Part shown: positions 1-9,198 of the stretch, piece after piece
How positions within the stretch are numbered: the stretch's first letter is position 1
Layout of the letters: every line of letters begins with the position of its first letter
Origin: a virus
Lineage: Duplodnaviria > Caudoviricetes
IMG/VR virus record: IMGVR_UViG_3300032254_000001
Location: 192,001 to 256,000 of that record
DNA length: 64,000 nt
Strand: one strand, 5' to 3'
The notes under the pieces: generated by a model
Seen by the model: only the letters and a program-made list of their open reading frames with translations
What the model was told of the DNA's origin: nothing
Databases searched by the model: none
Program-made: the position numbers and the translations under genes

Positions 1-395
1 AACGGCATCGGAGACTTATCTGCGAATTTGGTCCAATACGAACTGTGTAATGGACCACAAATCATACATGCTGAATTGCATGTAAAGTCTAGTGTCACTT
101 CAATGTACTCAGGACCAACTGCATCGTATATACGGTCATCCCATTGCATGTTAGCTGCTAGTCGTTTGCTTTGCCTGTTATGTGCTTCATCGTGAATGCA
201 TCTACGACAAAGTGTTTCGTTAAGTGGTGCGTTGTTCTTATTGTCGTTGCGCATAGTACTAAACAATGAATTGAAATCTTCGCTGTTGTACGGTGTAACT
301 TCACCTACTAGGCAACACGGCTGGACTTTGATTTCGTCGCCATAGCACATTATGTGAATTGACGAATGTATATCTCTGCAATAGTTATCAGCCAT
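1..395 (-). CDS. Radical SAM protein (N-terminal part; runs off window edge)
   Basis: Not in the ORF track. ATG at 395 overlaps the helicase stop (TAATG). My translation MADNYC...PCC...CRRC...IEVTLDFTCNSACMICGP contains the CxxxCxxC radical-SAM motif after a Cys-rich segment. Confidence 0.85.
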   Translation of the reverse strand, partial: MADNYCRDIHSSIHIMCYGDEIKVQPCCLVGEVTPYNSEDFNSLFSTMRNDNKNNAPLNETLCRRCIHDEAHNRQSKRLAANMQWDDRIYDAVGPEYIEVTLDFTCNSACMICGPLHSSYWTKFADKSPMP

Positions 396-1771
396 TACTT
401 CTTAATCTTATTAAGCAACGAATTCAATTTACTTGAATCAACTGTGCCTGATACCTTACCTTCATCTGGTGCATTTGAAATTGTAGATTTTGCTTTAATG
501 TTATTCAAGATGTTCGAAGGCGATGCACTATGCCCGTGCCCTGGTTGACCGTTGTCTACAATACGCAATGTATCTACATCAAACTCTAAATCAATCTTTT
601 GTCCTACACCTGCTGAACTACGTGTTTTCATTAACTGCAATTGGTACTTGCCACGTTCGCGCATTGCACGTGATGTGAATATACCAAACACGTTATCAGC
701 TGTATTAATTTTAGAAATACCGCCGGAGATCATGCTGTGGTCAAACTCTACTTCTTCTACTGCTGAACGGTTAAGCTGTGATGCTGTTACCATTACAATA
801 TCAAGTTCCTTAGCTAAGTTACGTATTTCTTCTGATACGTACTTGTCCTTAACGAACAAGTCGTTTGGACTAACCTTTGCAGTTACAGGCATTAGCAGAT
901 CCAAGTAATCAATGCACATGAAGTCTATCTTCTTACCTGTCTTAACTTGTAATTCCTTTACGAATGCACGAACATCGTTGATGTTGCTTTGAGCTGGGAA
1001 GTATTTAATCTGTAGATCGCCTGCTGACTTAGCCTTCATCTTAACTTTCATTTCAACATCGTCTATATTTTTAAATATAGCTTTGCTCGGCGTGCCTGTC
1101 ATCATACTGTCAAGTCGCATTGCACACAAGTCTTCACTAAGCTCAAGTGTTACAAAGATTCCGTTCTTGCCCATCTCTGTCCAGTTAACCGCTAAGTTCT
1201 GCATGAATAATGATTTACCAGAACCAGAACCACCTGCAAAGATTTGCAGCTCGCCCCTGTTAAAGCCGCCGTACAGCTTGGCATCCATTGTTGCCCAACC
1301 AGTAGACGTTTGTCCGTTGTTATCCTTAATAGCTTTTAAACGTGCTTTTGGATCTTCAAAGTAATCAGTACCCATATCTTTTAACAGGCTGATTTCTACT
1401 GCCGCTTTTATCAATGGCAATACTGGTTCAAACTCGCCCTTGTCAAGTAAGTCTGCCGATTGCAGCACTGCTCGTTCAAGTTCTTGTCGTTTAGTAAAGC
1501 TTTCAAACTCTTCAAAGAACCACTCGTAATGCCCTTCATTAATTTCTTCCGGCAGTCCGTCAAGTGTAATTTCCGTCATTGCTTTTAGCTGTGCTAGCTC
1601 AGGCAAAGTGCCGTACTTAGTAGAATGCTTTTCTATAAAGTCAGCTGCGGGCTTTAGCTCGGGGTGGAAGTTTTCAACATTAAAAATATTTTGTATACGC
1701 ACGAATGTCGCTGCGTCTGCTATCATCATTTCTAAGAAGAGCTTCTGGATTTGATACGTGTATTCAATCAT
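395..1771 (-). CDS. 41: Replicative DnaB-family helicase (T4 gp41-like)
   Basis: Walker A GGSGSGKS, LELSE, Walker B IDYLDL, TASQLNR and KTR motifs; adjacent to the primase. Confidence 0.93.
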   Translation of the reverse strand: MIEYTYQIQKLFLEMMIADAATFVRIQNIFNVENFHPELKPAADFIEKHSTKYGTLPELAQLKAMTEITLDGLPEEINEGHYEWFFEEFESFTKRQELERAVLQSADLLDKGEFEPVLPLIKAAVEISLLKDMGTDYFEDPKARLKAIKDNNGQTSTGWATMDAKLYGGFNRGELQIFAGGSGSGKSLFMQNLAVNWTEMGKNGIFVTLELSEDLCAMRLDSMMTGTPSKAIFKNIDDVEMKVKMKAKSAGDLQIKYFPAQSNINDVRAFVKELQVKTGKKIDFMCIDYLDLLMPVTAKVSPNDLFVKDKYVSEEIRNLAKELDIVMVTASQLNRSAVEEVEFDHSMISGGISKINTADNVFGIFTSRAMRERGKYQLQLMKTRSSAGVGQKIDLEFDVDTLRIVDNGQPGHGHSASPSNILNNIKAKSTISNAPDEGKVSGTVDSSKLNSLLNKIKK

Positions 1772-2771
1772 TTAATTTTATCTTTCTCCGTGAAGCGAGA
1801 TTATTAATCATAATCCTCGCCTTTACTTTACTTGATGTCTTTGCAGCAACTATACTTAACAATACACCAAGTCTGCCGTATTCTTTTGTGGCGTCGTTTA
1901 CATCTTTAATGTGAGCTGGCCAGTTTGGTATGCTTATACTAAACCCTGCCTCTAACGCTTGCTCAGCTAATACCATGCCTGCTTTATCCTGGTCAGGTAC
2001 TACAATAACTTCCTTGCCTTGGCGTCGAAGTATTGCTTGCTGCTGTTCACTTAATTCATTATGCAGTACTGCAACACCCCTGATACTAACAGCACAGAAG
2101 GTTCCTTCTACTACTATTATAAAATCCCAATCGGGTTTTTGCATCTCTAAGCCAAACACATAACCAGGTTGTTGATGCTCATTAACGTACTTCGGAAACT
2201 TACCATCTAAGTAACGTGACGTCCAACCTACAATGTCTTCACCGTACATATACGGTATTAGTATACGCTGCTTATTACGTCCTTTGTCCGACGGTGTAAT
2301 CTTAAAAGGATAATCATGATAGTCTAGTCCACGTTCATCCCTTAAGTAATCAATTGCCCATTTATCGCATGTCATAATGTTACGTGCTGTAGATGGTAGC
2401 TTTTGTTTCTTAAAGAATATATTGCGTTGAATAATTTCATCACGTGAATTAGTGCGATCCTTAGCAATATCATATATCTTTTTATTCTTAAGACTATCTA
2501 AATTAATCTTCTGTATAGTATCTGGTGGTACGCCCATCCATTGCAAAAGCTTTTTAGATTTTAAACTAAGTTGCTGTCCGTTTACAAATCGTGTTTTGAA
2601 ACCACAATTAAAACACGAGAAACTCCAGTCCTCGCCATCGAGAATTACGCCACCACGTTTTCTTTTGTCTGGAGTTTCGCCATTGTGGATACACGCCGGA
2701 CAATTAAAGCTGTACCACCCCGCTGGTGATTTTTTTGTTCTCGGAGGGAGGTACTGTAAAATATCAAACAT
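1764..2771 (-). CDS. 61: DNA primase (T4 gp61-like)
   Basis: N-terminal Zn finger (CPAC...CFNCG), TOPRIM VVEG and VPDQD, KDVND; overlaps the helicase start. Confidence 0.9.
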   Translation of the reverse strand: MFDILQYLPPRTKKSPAGWYSFNCPACIHNGETPDKRKRGGVILDGEDWSFSCFNCGFKTRFVNGQQLSLKSKKLLQWMGVPPDTIQKINLDSLKNKKIYDIAKDRTNSRDEIIQRNIFFKKQKLPSTARNIMTCDKWAIDYLRDERGLDYHDYPFKITPSDKGRNKQRILIPYMYGEDIVGWTSRYLDGKFPKYVNEHQQPGYVFGLEMQKPDWDFIIVVEGTFCAVSIRGVAVLHNELSEQQQAILRRQGKEVIVVPDQDKAGMVLAEQALEAGFSISIPNWPAHIKDVNDATKEYGRLGVLLSIVAAKTSSKVKARIMINNLASRRKIKLND

Positions 2772-3445
2772 CGATTCGTGTTACCTTCCAGTGATTTTCA
2801 TTTTTATACTTTTTCTTATTTGGTGTATTTTTATAACATTTTCTATAGGCATTAAACAAAGACCAATAACTAATACCAATTTCATCCGCAAAGTCTTCTG
2901 CAAATTGCTGTAAGCCTAGTTTTGTTTGCCACTGTCTACCAGCCGGAGACTCAATTAAATATTCGCCTCTGTGAGATATACGCTTGCGTTCTTTAGTTTC
3001 GTAGGTGTCACCTGCATTTTTATATCTCTGTGTTTGACCTAAACTGCAACCCTTGCTTCGTATTTTTTTCTGCTCAGTGGTTTGATTTTTATAATAGTCA
3101 AGGGCATATTTTCTTGCGGTTTGCGAATCAACTCCTTCTCCACCTTTTGTTATATTGTAACCCATGCACCTATCCCTACTTAGTAGGGATTCAATCCACT
3201 TGGTTTCGGCACTATTTAATTCTTGCTTTGTCCAGTTATCGTTGCGTTCGATTATTTCAAACACCATATTTTCCCAACCATATTTCTTTATAGCATTTAT
3301 AATGTATCGGTTTGATGAGTCCTGGCGGCGGGCCGCTGCGGCCCGCCGCGAATTTATACGATTGTTTCTTTTTATGCTCAGAGATTGTTGCCTGACCAAT
3401 ATAATACTTACCAGACGGTGATGTTATTTTATAGACATATCTCAT
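2764..3445 (-). pseudogene. GIY-YIG homing endonuclease split by a frameshift at a GC palindrome
   Basis: N-terminus YVY...YYIGQ is in the 3257..3445 frame; continuation NAIKKYGWENMVFEII...MGYNITKGGEG is in the 2764..3399 frame. The frames switch across 3325-3349. Confidence 0.8.
3325..3349. repeat. Perfect palindrome, 12-bp all-GC arms with 1-nt centre
   Basis: GCGGCGGGCCGC-T-GCGGCCCGCCGC; the arms are exact reverse complements, embedded in AT-rich coding DNA. Confidence 0.97.
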
Positions 3446-4194
3446 TTATCAATTATAACAGATTCTATCTTGTCAATCAAGAATTCTGATATAATAGCAT
3501 GACCTTTTTCGTTTGGATGCATTCCTTTACAGAACAAAGGATCCTTGCGAGGCTTGTCTCGTATTACGAGCATTTCTAATGCAGACGATGATTCAATTAA
3601 AGTAGGCACTTTAATTTTATGGTTTTGTGTTAGCACGTTCATCTGCAACATATTAATATTGTTACGCGCTGCAATACCGTCAAACGCTCTAACGGTTGTA
3701 TTGTAATTTGCTTGACGCCATTCTTCACTGTCAGATAATGTGTAGTGTAGCTTATGCAGTGTACGCCAATGATCCATACGATCTTCTTCGCCCCATATGT
3801 CACAGTCCTTATTGATCCAAACAGAATGTACATGTTGGTGACATGGGTGTTGTGCTGTACGTTGCGAGTCTAAGTAGTTTACATTGTGCCAACTGATACG
3901 TGACTCATCAGTTAAACCAATAACAACTAAAGATTCTGCAATGTGTTCCGGTGTGCTATTGTCCAACCAGTGGTTGAAGTTCCATAGCATTGACTGTAAG
4001 CTTGCACCATTCCATGAGAGGTCCTCGTATGTCCAGCCGTAGTGTTTAGCTACTAGACCTGCATATGCATGTGACTTGCGGTAATCGTCATTTTCCCAAT
4101 TGAATGGTTCTATGCCTTTGGCTTCAAGTTCTGGATCGATAAGCTCGTCGCCATACGTCCAGCTACAACCAAATGAAACTAAATTCTTAATCAT
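3442..4194 (-). CDS. SGNH/GDSL-like hydrolase/acyl-esterase
   Basis: Block I-like FGCSWTYG, G-A-S block, C-terminal GMHPNEKGH. Confidence 0.6.
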   Translation of the reverse strand: MIKNLVSFGCSWTYGDELIDPELEAKGIEPFNWENDDYRKSHAYAGLVAKHYGWTYEDLSWNGASLQSMLWNFNHWLDNSTPEHIAESLVVIGLTDESRISWHNVNYLDSQRTAQHPCHQHVHSVWINKDCDIWGEEDRMDHWRTLHKLHYTLSDSEEWRQANYNTTVRAFDGIAARNNINMLQMNVLTQNHKIKVPTLIESSSALEMLVIRDKPRKDPLFCKGMHPNEKGHAIISEFLIDKIESVIIDK

Positions 4195-4259
4195 AATTAT
4201 TCCTATCTTTGCTACTATTTAACCGCTGAAAATTACTGTGTGAATATTTCGTAGACCAA

Positions 4260-4997
4260 TTATCTGTGCTGTATTTGGTCTACTGTACCTGATACTTCTG
4301 TAATGTTGAACCTAATGTAAGGATGATATCCGCTAACATTAATCGTATGAAGATCGCTTAATGCAAGACTTTCTGTTTGAATTGTGTACCACAACCCGTC
4401 AGTATCTGCTGCACCTTGTACTTCGATGTCGCCGCTGAACTGATCCATATCAAATTGGAATGTATGTAGATCTGTTGCGTCAGTATTTAAAATACTTGAG
4501 TTATACGGATTAGTTGTAGGTGTTGGTATTGTTACTATCTCGCTCGCAATAAACGTAGGCATGATGCTATCTACAACATCAATAAGGCCACGTGCGCCTG
4601 CGTTGTCAGCTACGTATACTGGCTCATATGGGTTACCTGTTGATACCTGCTCAACACTAAAACCTACTAGGCCTGGACCCATTGTGTCTAGTTCCTGCTC
4701 AGTTAGTACTAACTTGGTTTGGCCGACTAATTCATTCACCATTGTTAATGGCTTTTCTAGTAGTAGACGATTGCCATCGTGTGATATCAGTCTGCATGTA
4801 AACTCCATGTCAGTAACGTCAACACGCTTTTGGTCCTGGTTTACAAATTCTATCAGAATCTGGTTATCTGTGCCCCTATGAGCAATTAATGTCTTTGTGT
4901 ACACTTGATTATACCTTCTTGAAAAAAATGCACCTGTGGTATCTAACAAGATAACCCGGTGACGTTGGTGGTATAGGAATATCTTAGTTGTCATCAT
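4260..4997 (-). CDS. Hypothetical protein, beta-rich, possibly virion structural
   Basis: 245-aa ORF coupled to its neighbours; no catalytic motif recognised. Confidence 0.6.
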   Translation of the reverse strand: MMTTKIFLYHQRHRVILLDTTGAFFSRRYNQVYTKTLIAHRGTDNQILIEFVNQDQKRVDVTDMEFTCRLISHDGNRLLLEKPLTMVNELVGQTKLVLTEQELDTMGPGLVGFSVEQVSTGNPYEPVYVADNAGARGLIDVVDSIMPTFIASEIVTIPTPTTNPYNSSILNTDATDLHTFQFDMDQFSGDIEVQGAADTDGLWYTIQTESLALSDLHTINVSGYHPYIRFNITEVSGTVDQIQHR

Positions 4998-5649
4998 GCA
5001 ATTTTCTTCCTAAGATAAATCCTGCTGGCTGCTCTCCTGCAATATATCTATTTGCAGTAGTGCCATTAGTATACCATCGCAATCCTTTACCTGATTTTGC
5101 TTTTTCTGCTGCGGATTTTGAGTGGTATGTTGCCTTTTGTTTTTGAATTAATCGTTCTTTTTCTGCTGCTGGTCTAGTTGCATGTATTTTGGTTACTGCA
5201 ACCGACAAACGAGCCGACGTTATCATACTTTCTTGCTTGGTTTTATTCTTAACAGTATTTCGCATTTTATTGTAGATTGCTGCTTTTTCAGCTGCTGATT
5301 TATTTAAGCGAATGTCTGAAATCTTTTTATTTGACTCAATTGATGGTATAATTTTTCCAGCTATATTAGCATTGATCCATCTATCATCGTGTAACACTTT
5401 GCATCGTCTAAGAACTTTAGTCTCCCAATCTGTAGCTTTCCTGGGAGTTTCAAACACTTTACGTATTTCAAATTCAAAACTATCAGTGCCGTACTTTGTG
5501 ATTAAATTTTTTACTTTTGTACTGCTAGTAAAGTATTTTGTCCATAAATCTTCTGCAATGGGAATTTTCTTCTTGACGTTTTGATACCGCACACCGTAAT
5601 AGTATGTATTGGTCGGTATGTGTTTTAAAAGGTATGTGTACGGTTTCAT
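4984..5649 (-). CDS. GIY-YIG-family homing endonuclease
   Basis: Start re-assigned to MKPYTY (5649), 5 nt after ATAAATA. Motifs YTY...YYYGVR, YFTSS, KYG.DSFEFEI, WETKVL; C-terminal WYTNG...QPAGFILGR. Confidence 0.75.
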   Translation of the reverse strand: MKPYTYLLKHIPTNTYYYGVRYQNVKKKIPIAEDLWTKYFTSSTKVKNLITKYGTDSFEFEIRKVFETPRKATDWETKVLRRCKVLHDDRWINANIAGKIIPSIESNKKISDIRLNKSAAEKAAIYNKMRNTVKNKTKQESMITSARLSVAVTKIHATRPAAEKERLIQKQKATYHSKSAAEKAKSGKGLRWYTNGTTANRYIAGEQPAGFILGRKLHDDN

Positions 5650-5654
5650 AGTAC

Positions 5655-5696
5655 TATTTATCCTTTTTAGCGACAAGCTGTGCAACGTTATAAATA
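5655..5696. promoter_or_regulatory. Back-to-back T4-late-type promoters
   Basis: ATAAATA on minus (5661-5655), 5 nt before ATG 5649; TATAAATA on plus (5689-5696), 6 nt before ATG 5703. Confidence 0.7.
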
Positions 5697-5702
5697 CATT
5701 AA

Positions 5703-6089
5703 ATGGAAAATAACAACAACGTGTTCGAAAAATTAACAGAAAAGTACCCATTCCTAACGGTGTGTAGGTACGCTGACGAAGAGTTTGTAGGTATTATACA
5801 AAATCGCGATGCAACCATTACAAGTTTATACAACTTTGGTGCATTACCTAGTACCGAGCTAAAGGAACTATTCCTAGAACTTGGAGAAACATGGTGGTGG
5901 GAATCGAATAGATCCATTCCAATTAACATATTCTTACGCCAGGAATGGGTAGTATTCAAACCGTATACTAAGACATTCATTAACAAATCCCTCCAAATCT
6001 TAAGCGGTCCAGCTACTAGCTTAAACGAAATAGTCCACAAGAAGAAGAAACGTAAGAGCATCACGCTAGTACGCAAGATGGAAGACTAG
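5703..6089 (+). CDS. Hypothetical protein (lone plus-strand gene)
   Basis: 128 aa with its own TATAAATA promoter; aromatic WWWESNRSIPINIFL motif and basic C-terminus. Confidence 0.75.
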   Translation: MENNNNVFEKLTEKYPFLTVCRYADEEFVGIIQNRDATITSLYNFGALPSTELKELFLELGETWWWESNRSIPINIFLRQEWVVFKPYTKTFINKSLQILSGPATSLNEIVHKKKKRKSITLVRKMED

Positions 6090-7131
6090 CTACATACTCT
6101 TCCACATAACGCTCAAGCACAAAGTACGGGTATTGCAGTTTAATTAACTGCTCCTGATTATGTGCAAATATATGAGCACATCGCTGAAGCACTTCAGCCT
6201 GTTCCAACTTACTTAATTTCACAGCTTCATCTATAGCTGCTTTCCATCTGGTATGATCGTCTTCAATTTGATCATAGGATTCATCTATAATACTGCCAAA
6301 TGTTTTAAACCCAAGCTCATGTAATCCCTGTAAGTACTTCCACCCACTTATTGCTATAAACAGTCTGCCAGCGATCATAGGCTTTGCTATTTTTTCTGTT
6401 GGGAACATGAACTGGTTTCTGTAGTCGGTTTCGCATACTACGCTGTAAGCTGTTTTGTTATAGACTTTGGATGGTATTACTTGTGACGCCATCATATCAA
6501 CACCAAGGTATGTTACTACGTCTAGTTCGTCGTTACGTACTACGCCATCCTGCCAAAAGATGTCAGATGGGTTACCGTACGAATCATTATGCACCGAGTT
6601 TGTTTCTAAGAACTTAGACTCAAGGAATGCTGGATTTGAATTAATACAATCCCTTACGAAGCGCCTGTGTGGTTTATCTACTCCGTACAGTACTTCAAAC
6701 GGAATATCTTTTGTGCGGCACATATCAAAGTTAACATTAAACGTATTGTAATCGCTTAAGTAGAAATTCGCAGTTGCTTTGAGCCAGTACGAATCGTAAA
6801 CTATTTTTGCTTTTGTCGGCTTTCGCTCTGGGACGTATCCCAGGAAGAATACAAAATTAGATCGATCAGTATGTTGCACAATAGCGTCAACATTAGTGTT
6901 CCCTTCAATTGATTTAAAAATAACTAGGTCTGCAAATGCAAGGCTTTCTAGTCTATCAATAGTCGACCTTACTTGTGAAGTGTCACAGTAATCGTATTCA
7001 ACTATTGCAATCTTTGTGGCATCTGCATCTCTAAACTTATCAAAGTCGCTTGTCATATGTAACAATGCGTTTGGAGTTAAGCCCAATGGATCCAGATCGT
7101 AATTGTAAGTATAAATTAATACATCTCTCAT
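6061..7131 (-). CDS. Putative glycosyltransferase (GT10/exostosin-like C-terminal motif)
   Basis: SVVCETD...FPTEKIAKPMIAGRLFI...LHELGFKTF...DESYD resembles the TEK donor-binding motif of GT10-like enzymes. Confidence 0.55.
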   Translation of the reverse strand: MRDVLIYTYNYDLDPLGLTPNALLHMTSDFDKFRDADATKIAIVEYDYCDTSQVRSTIDRLESLAFADLVIFKSIEGNTNVDAIVQHTDRSNFVFFLGYVPERKPTKAKIVYDSYWLKATANFYLSDYNTFNVNFDMCRTKDIPFEVLYGVDKPHRRFVRDCINSNPAFLESKFLETNSVHNDSYGNPSDIFWQDGVVRNDELDVVTYLGVDMMASQVIPSKVYNKTAYSVVCETDYRNQFMFPTEKIAKPMIAGRLFIAISGWKYLQGLHELGFKTFGSIIDESYDQIEDDHTRWKAAIDEAVKLSKLEQAEVLQRCAHIFAHNQEQLIKLQYPYFVLERYVEEYVASLPSCVLA

Positions 7132-7694
7132 GACATAGTATCAACTATATTCATGTGCAATGCAACTAATACCGCATAGCTAACTGAGTGTGATTGCTTG
7201 AATGAATACTCATCGTCATCTAACCTATCCCAAATAGTTTCAGCCATTTCTTTCCAGGGCTTGCCAAGCAAATGTTTCTTACCTGGGCGCAATGCTGCAA
7301 GGAACATAGCCATACGTGGAATAGTGTCTGGCATACATTGTGCAAGCTGCTTGTGATAGTTTGCAATGTGTATAATCTGCTCAACAAACTCAGGTTCTTT
7401 AAGTCTGTGCCAAGGTGGAGTACGGTTTAATAATTCCTGGTAGTGTGCTTCATCTTTAATGTGCTGATAAACAGATACATTAAGGAAGTCAATTTTAAAA
7501 TAGCCACGCTTGTCTGCGTCTTTGAAGTGCAATGCCGAAGCGTCAAGCATTGGGTCGTAAGGAATAGGCTGTACATAAACGCCACTATTATGTCGTTCAG
7601 GTTTGCCCTTGTGTAGTTTACGTGCCGAAACATGTTTGATATGTTGTAAAATATCTGCTCTGTTTCCAAAGTCTATATCAATATCAGCTGACAT
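7128..7694 (-). CDS. dnaE: Miniature DNA polymerase III alpha (C-family/DnaE) catalytic core
   Basis: DnaE motifs in correct order: DIDIDF, HNSGVY, GYFKIDFL, LAALRPG, YSFKQSHSVSYA, all within 188 aa. Confidence 0.8.
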   Translation of the reverse strand: MSADIDIDFGNRADILQHIKHVSARKLHKGKPERHNSGVYVQPIPYDPMLDASALHFKDADKRGYFKIDFLNVSVYQHIKDEAHYQELLNRTPPWHRLKEPEFVEQIIHIANYHKQLAQCMPDTIPRMAMFLAALRPGKKHLLGKPWKEMAETIWDRLDDDEYSFKQSHSVSYAVLVALHMNIVDTMS

Positions 7695-7806
7695 TAAAGA
7701 AACTCCATGCTATCATACCTATGTTAAAATACACTGCCGCACCAATGAACAATAGTAAGTATATGGTCCACTTATAGAATCTTGTTGCATTACCATCCTG
7801 CTGCAC
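7684..7806 (-). CDS. Small single-pass membrane protein (40 aa)
   Basis: Below the ORF-track cutoff. GTG start 7 nt after GAGGAG; VQQDGNATRFYKWTIYLLLFIGAAVYFNIGMIAWSFFNVS; fills the gap and overlaps both neighbours. Confidence 0.45.
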   Translation of the reverse strand: MQQDGNATRFYKWTIYLLLFIGAAVYFNIGMIAWSFFNVS

Positions 7807-8488
7807 TTAACATCTCCTCTGCGTATTTAACATCTGCTATTTTCTTTTCGAAAATAGGTTGCCATTGATCTGGGTCAATTACTGGCCAAACCATTTGCAT
7901 CTGTTCCGATGTTAGTTGAGCTAAGAACTCTTGCCCGCTTTGTGATTGATAAATTACCCACGGACTTATCCTACCTGTTACTATAGCATGACATAGTCTG
8001 TTGCTGCTACCGTAACGCATTACATCTTCAGGGCGCATTTCTTTTTCTTCAGCCCACGCTATGCTGTATTCAACTGCTCTAGTTAATGCATCGTTGACGT
8101 TCTCAGTCCTTAGTGCTGTTTCAAGGAATTGTGTGTACGTTGCATCTGTTGCCCACTTGTCTAGTTTAATACCTGACGCAACAATCCAATCTACAAATCG
8201 ATTAGTCTTAATGCATTTTGTATTAATGCAGTAGTTACCAAACTTTACGAATGCAGTGTAGTACGGACTTGTTGCAAAGTCAGCAAACGTCCTAGTCTTA
8301 GCTTGATTTTGATTGTACTGATAGAACTTAACATACGTATGCATGCCAAGTGTTACACCTTTCTCGTCCTTAGCTAACCACCTGCGCTTTTGCTCACAGG
8401 CATGCACTAAAAGGGTACGCTCACTCTTAAATTCTTTATGGCAGTACTGACATTCTAGCGTGTCTGTTTTCTCTGTGGACTTCAACAT
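7790..8488 (-). CDS. Hypothetical protein with N-terminal Zn-finger-like motif
   Basis: CQYCHKEF...LLVHAC; rest predicted helical; lies in the replication cluster. Confidence 0.7.
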   Translation of the reverse strand: MLKSTEKTDTLECQYCHKEFKSERTLLVHACEQKRRWLAKDEKGVTLGMHTYVKFYQYNQNQAKTRTFADFATSPYYTAFVKFGNYCINTKCIKTNRFVDWIVASGIKLDKWATDATYTQFLETALRTENVNDALTRAVEYSIAWAEEKEMRPEDVMRYGSSNRLCHAIVTGRISPWVIYQSQSGQEFLAQLTSEQMQMVWPVIDPDQWQPIFEKKIADVKYAEEMLSAAGW

Positions 8489-9198
8489 AAAATCTCGTTT
8501 GTGTTAATGTGCTCGTGTAGAAAGTTATTTAAAAACTTATGCTCACCTGGTGCTATGTGGCGGCTACTCAATGGAATGTCTCGTTTTATATCTTCCGGAA
8601 CTGACTTGGCACCTTGTGCATGTTGCCAGCTCACCGATTGCCATTGCAATCGATCAATTATTTCTGCATTGTAATTGTCTAAAAATTTAACATCGTTTGG
8701 ATCTAAGAACTCAGCTTCGTCCATCATTGTCTCTGCTGTGTTGAACACTACAATTTTATGACCGCGTGATTTAACACTGTCGATCATCATAGCTAGTTGC
8801 AGATATAAAGCATATGCATGTTCTTTAACACTGTTAATACTGTATTGCAAATGCAGATTTACATAACTTTCTAAATCAACTACACAATCATCGTACTCTC
8901 TTGCACCTATCGGTGTTGAGTTTCCAAATGATCCCCACTTCTCATTGTTTACTTTCTTAAGTACAGGCAATTCAAAGCGGTGTAAAAATGTTGTGCCAAC
9001 AACATATAATGTTGGCTCAGCTTGCATACTGTCAGCTACTGTCAATCTAATTATAGCACTGTTAGACTGTCCGTATTGTGACAACGAATCGTAATGTTCT
9101 ATGCCTAGCTGTTGTGCTAAGTCTTTATGCCCATCGCCCATTGCGTGGTGCTTCATATAGCTGCAACCAGATGTTACAAGTCTGTTAACTTTCGCCAT
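8482..9198 (-). CDS. SGNH-like hydrolase paralogue
   Basis: VTSGCSY, GQSNSAI, C-terminal RHIAPGEH. Confidence 0.5.
   Translation of the reverse strand: MAKVNRLVTSGCSYMKHHAMGDGHKDLAQQLGIEHYDSLSQYGQSNSAIIRLTVADSMQAEPTLYVVGTTFLHRFELPVLKKVNNEKWGSFGNSTPIGAREYDDCVVDLESYVNLHLQYSINSVKEHAYALYLQLAMMIDSVKSRGHKIVVFNTAETMMDEAEFLDPNDVKFLDNYNAEIIDRLQWQSVSWQHAQGAKSVPEDIKRDIPLSSRHIAPGEHKFLNNFLHEHINTNEILC

Noticed and set aside
3361-3380. Programmed -1 frameshift at AAA AAG before the palindrome
   Set aside because: Joining the two frames needs +1, the heptamer is imperfect, and the hairpin is 18 nt away.
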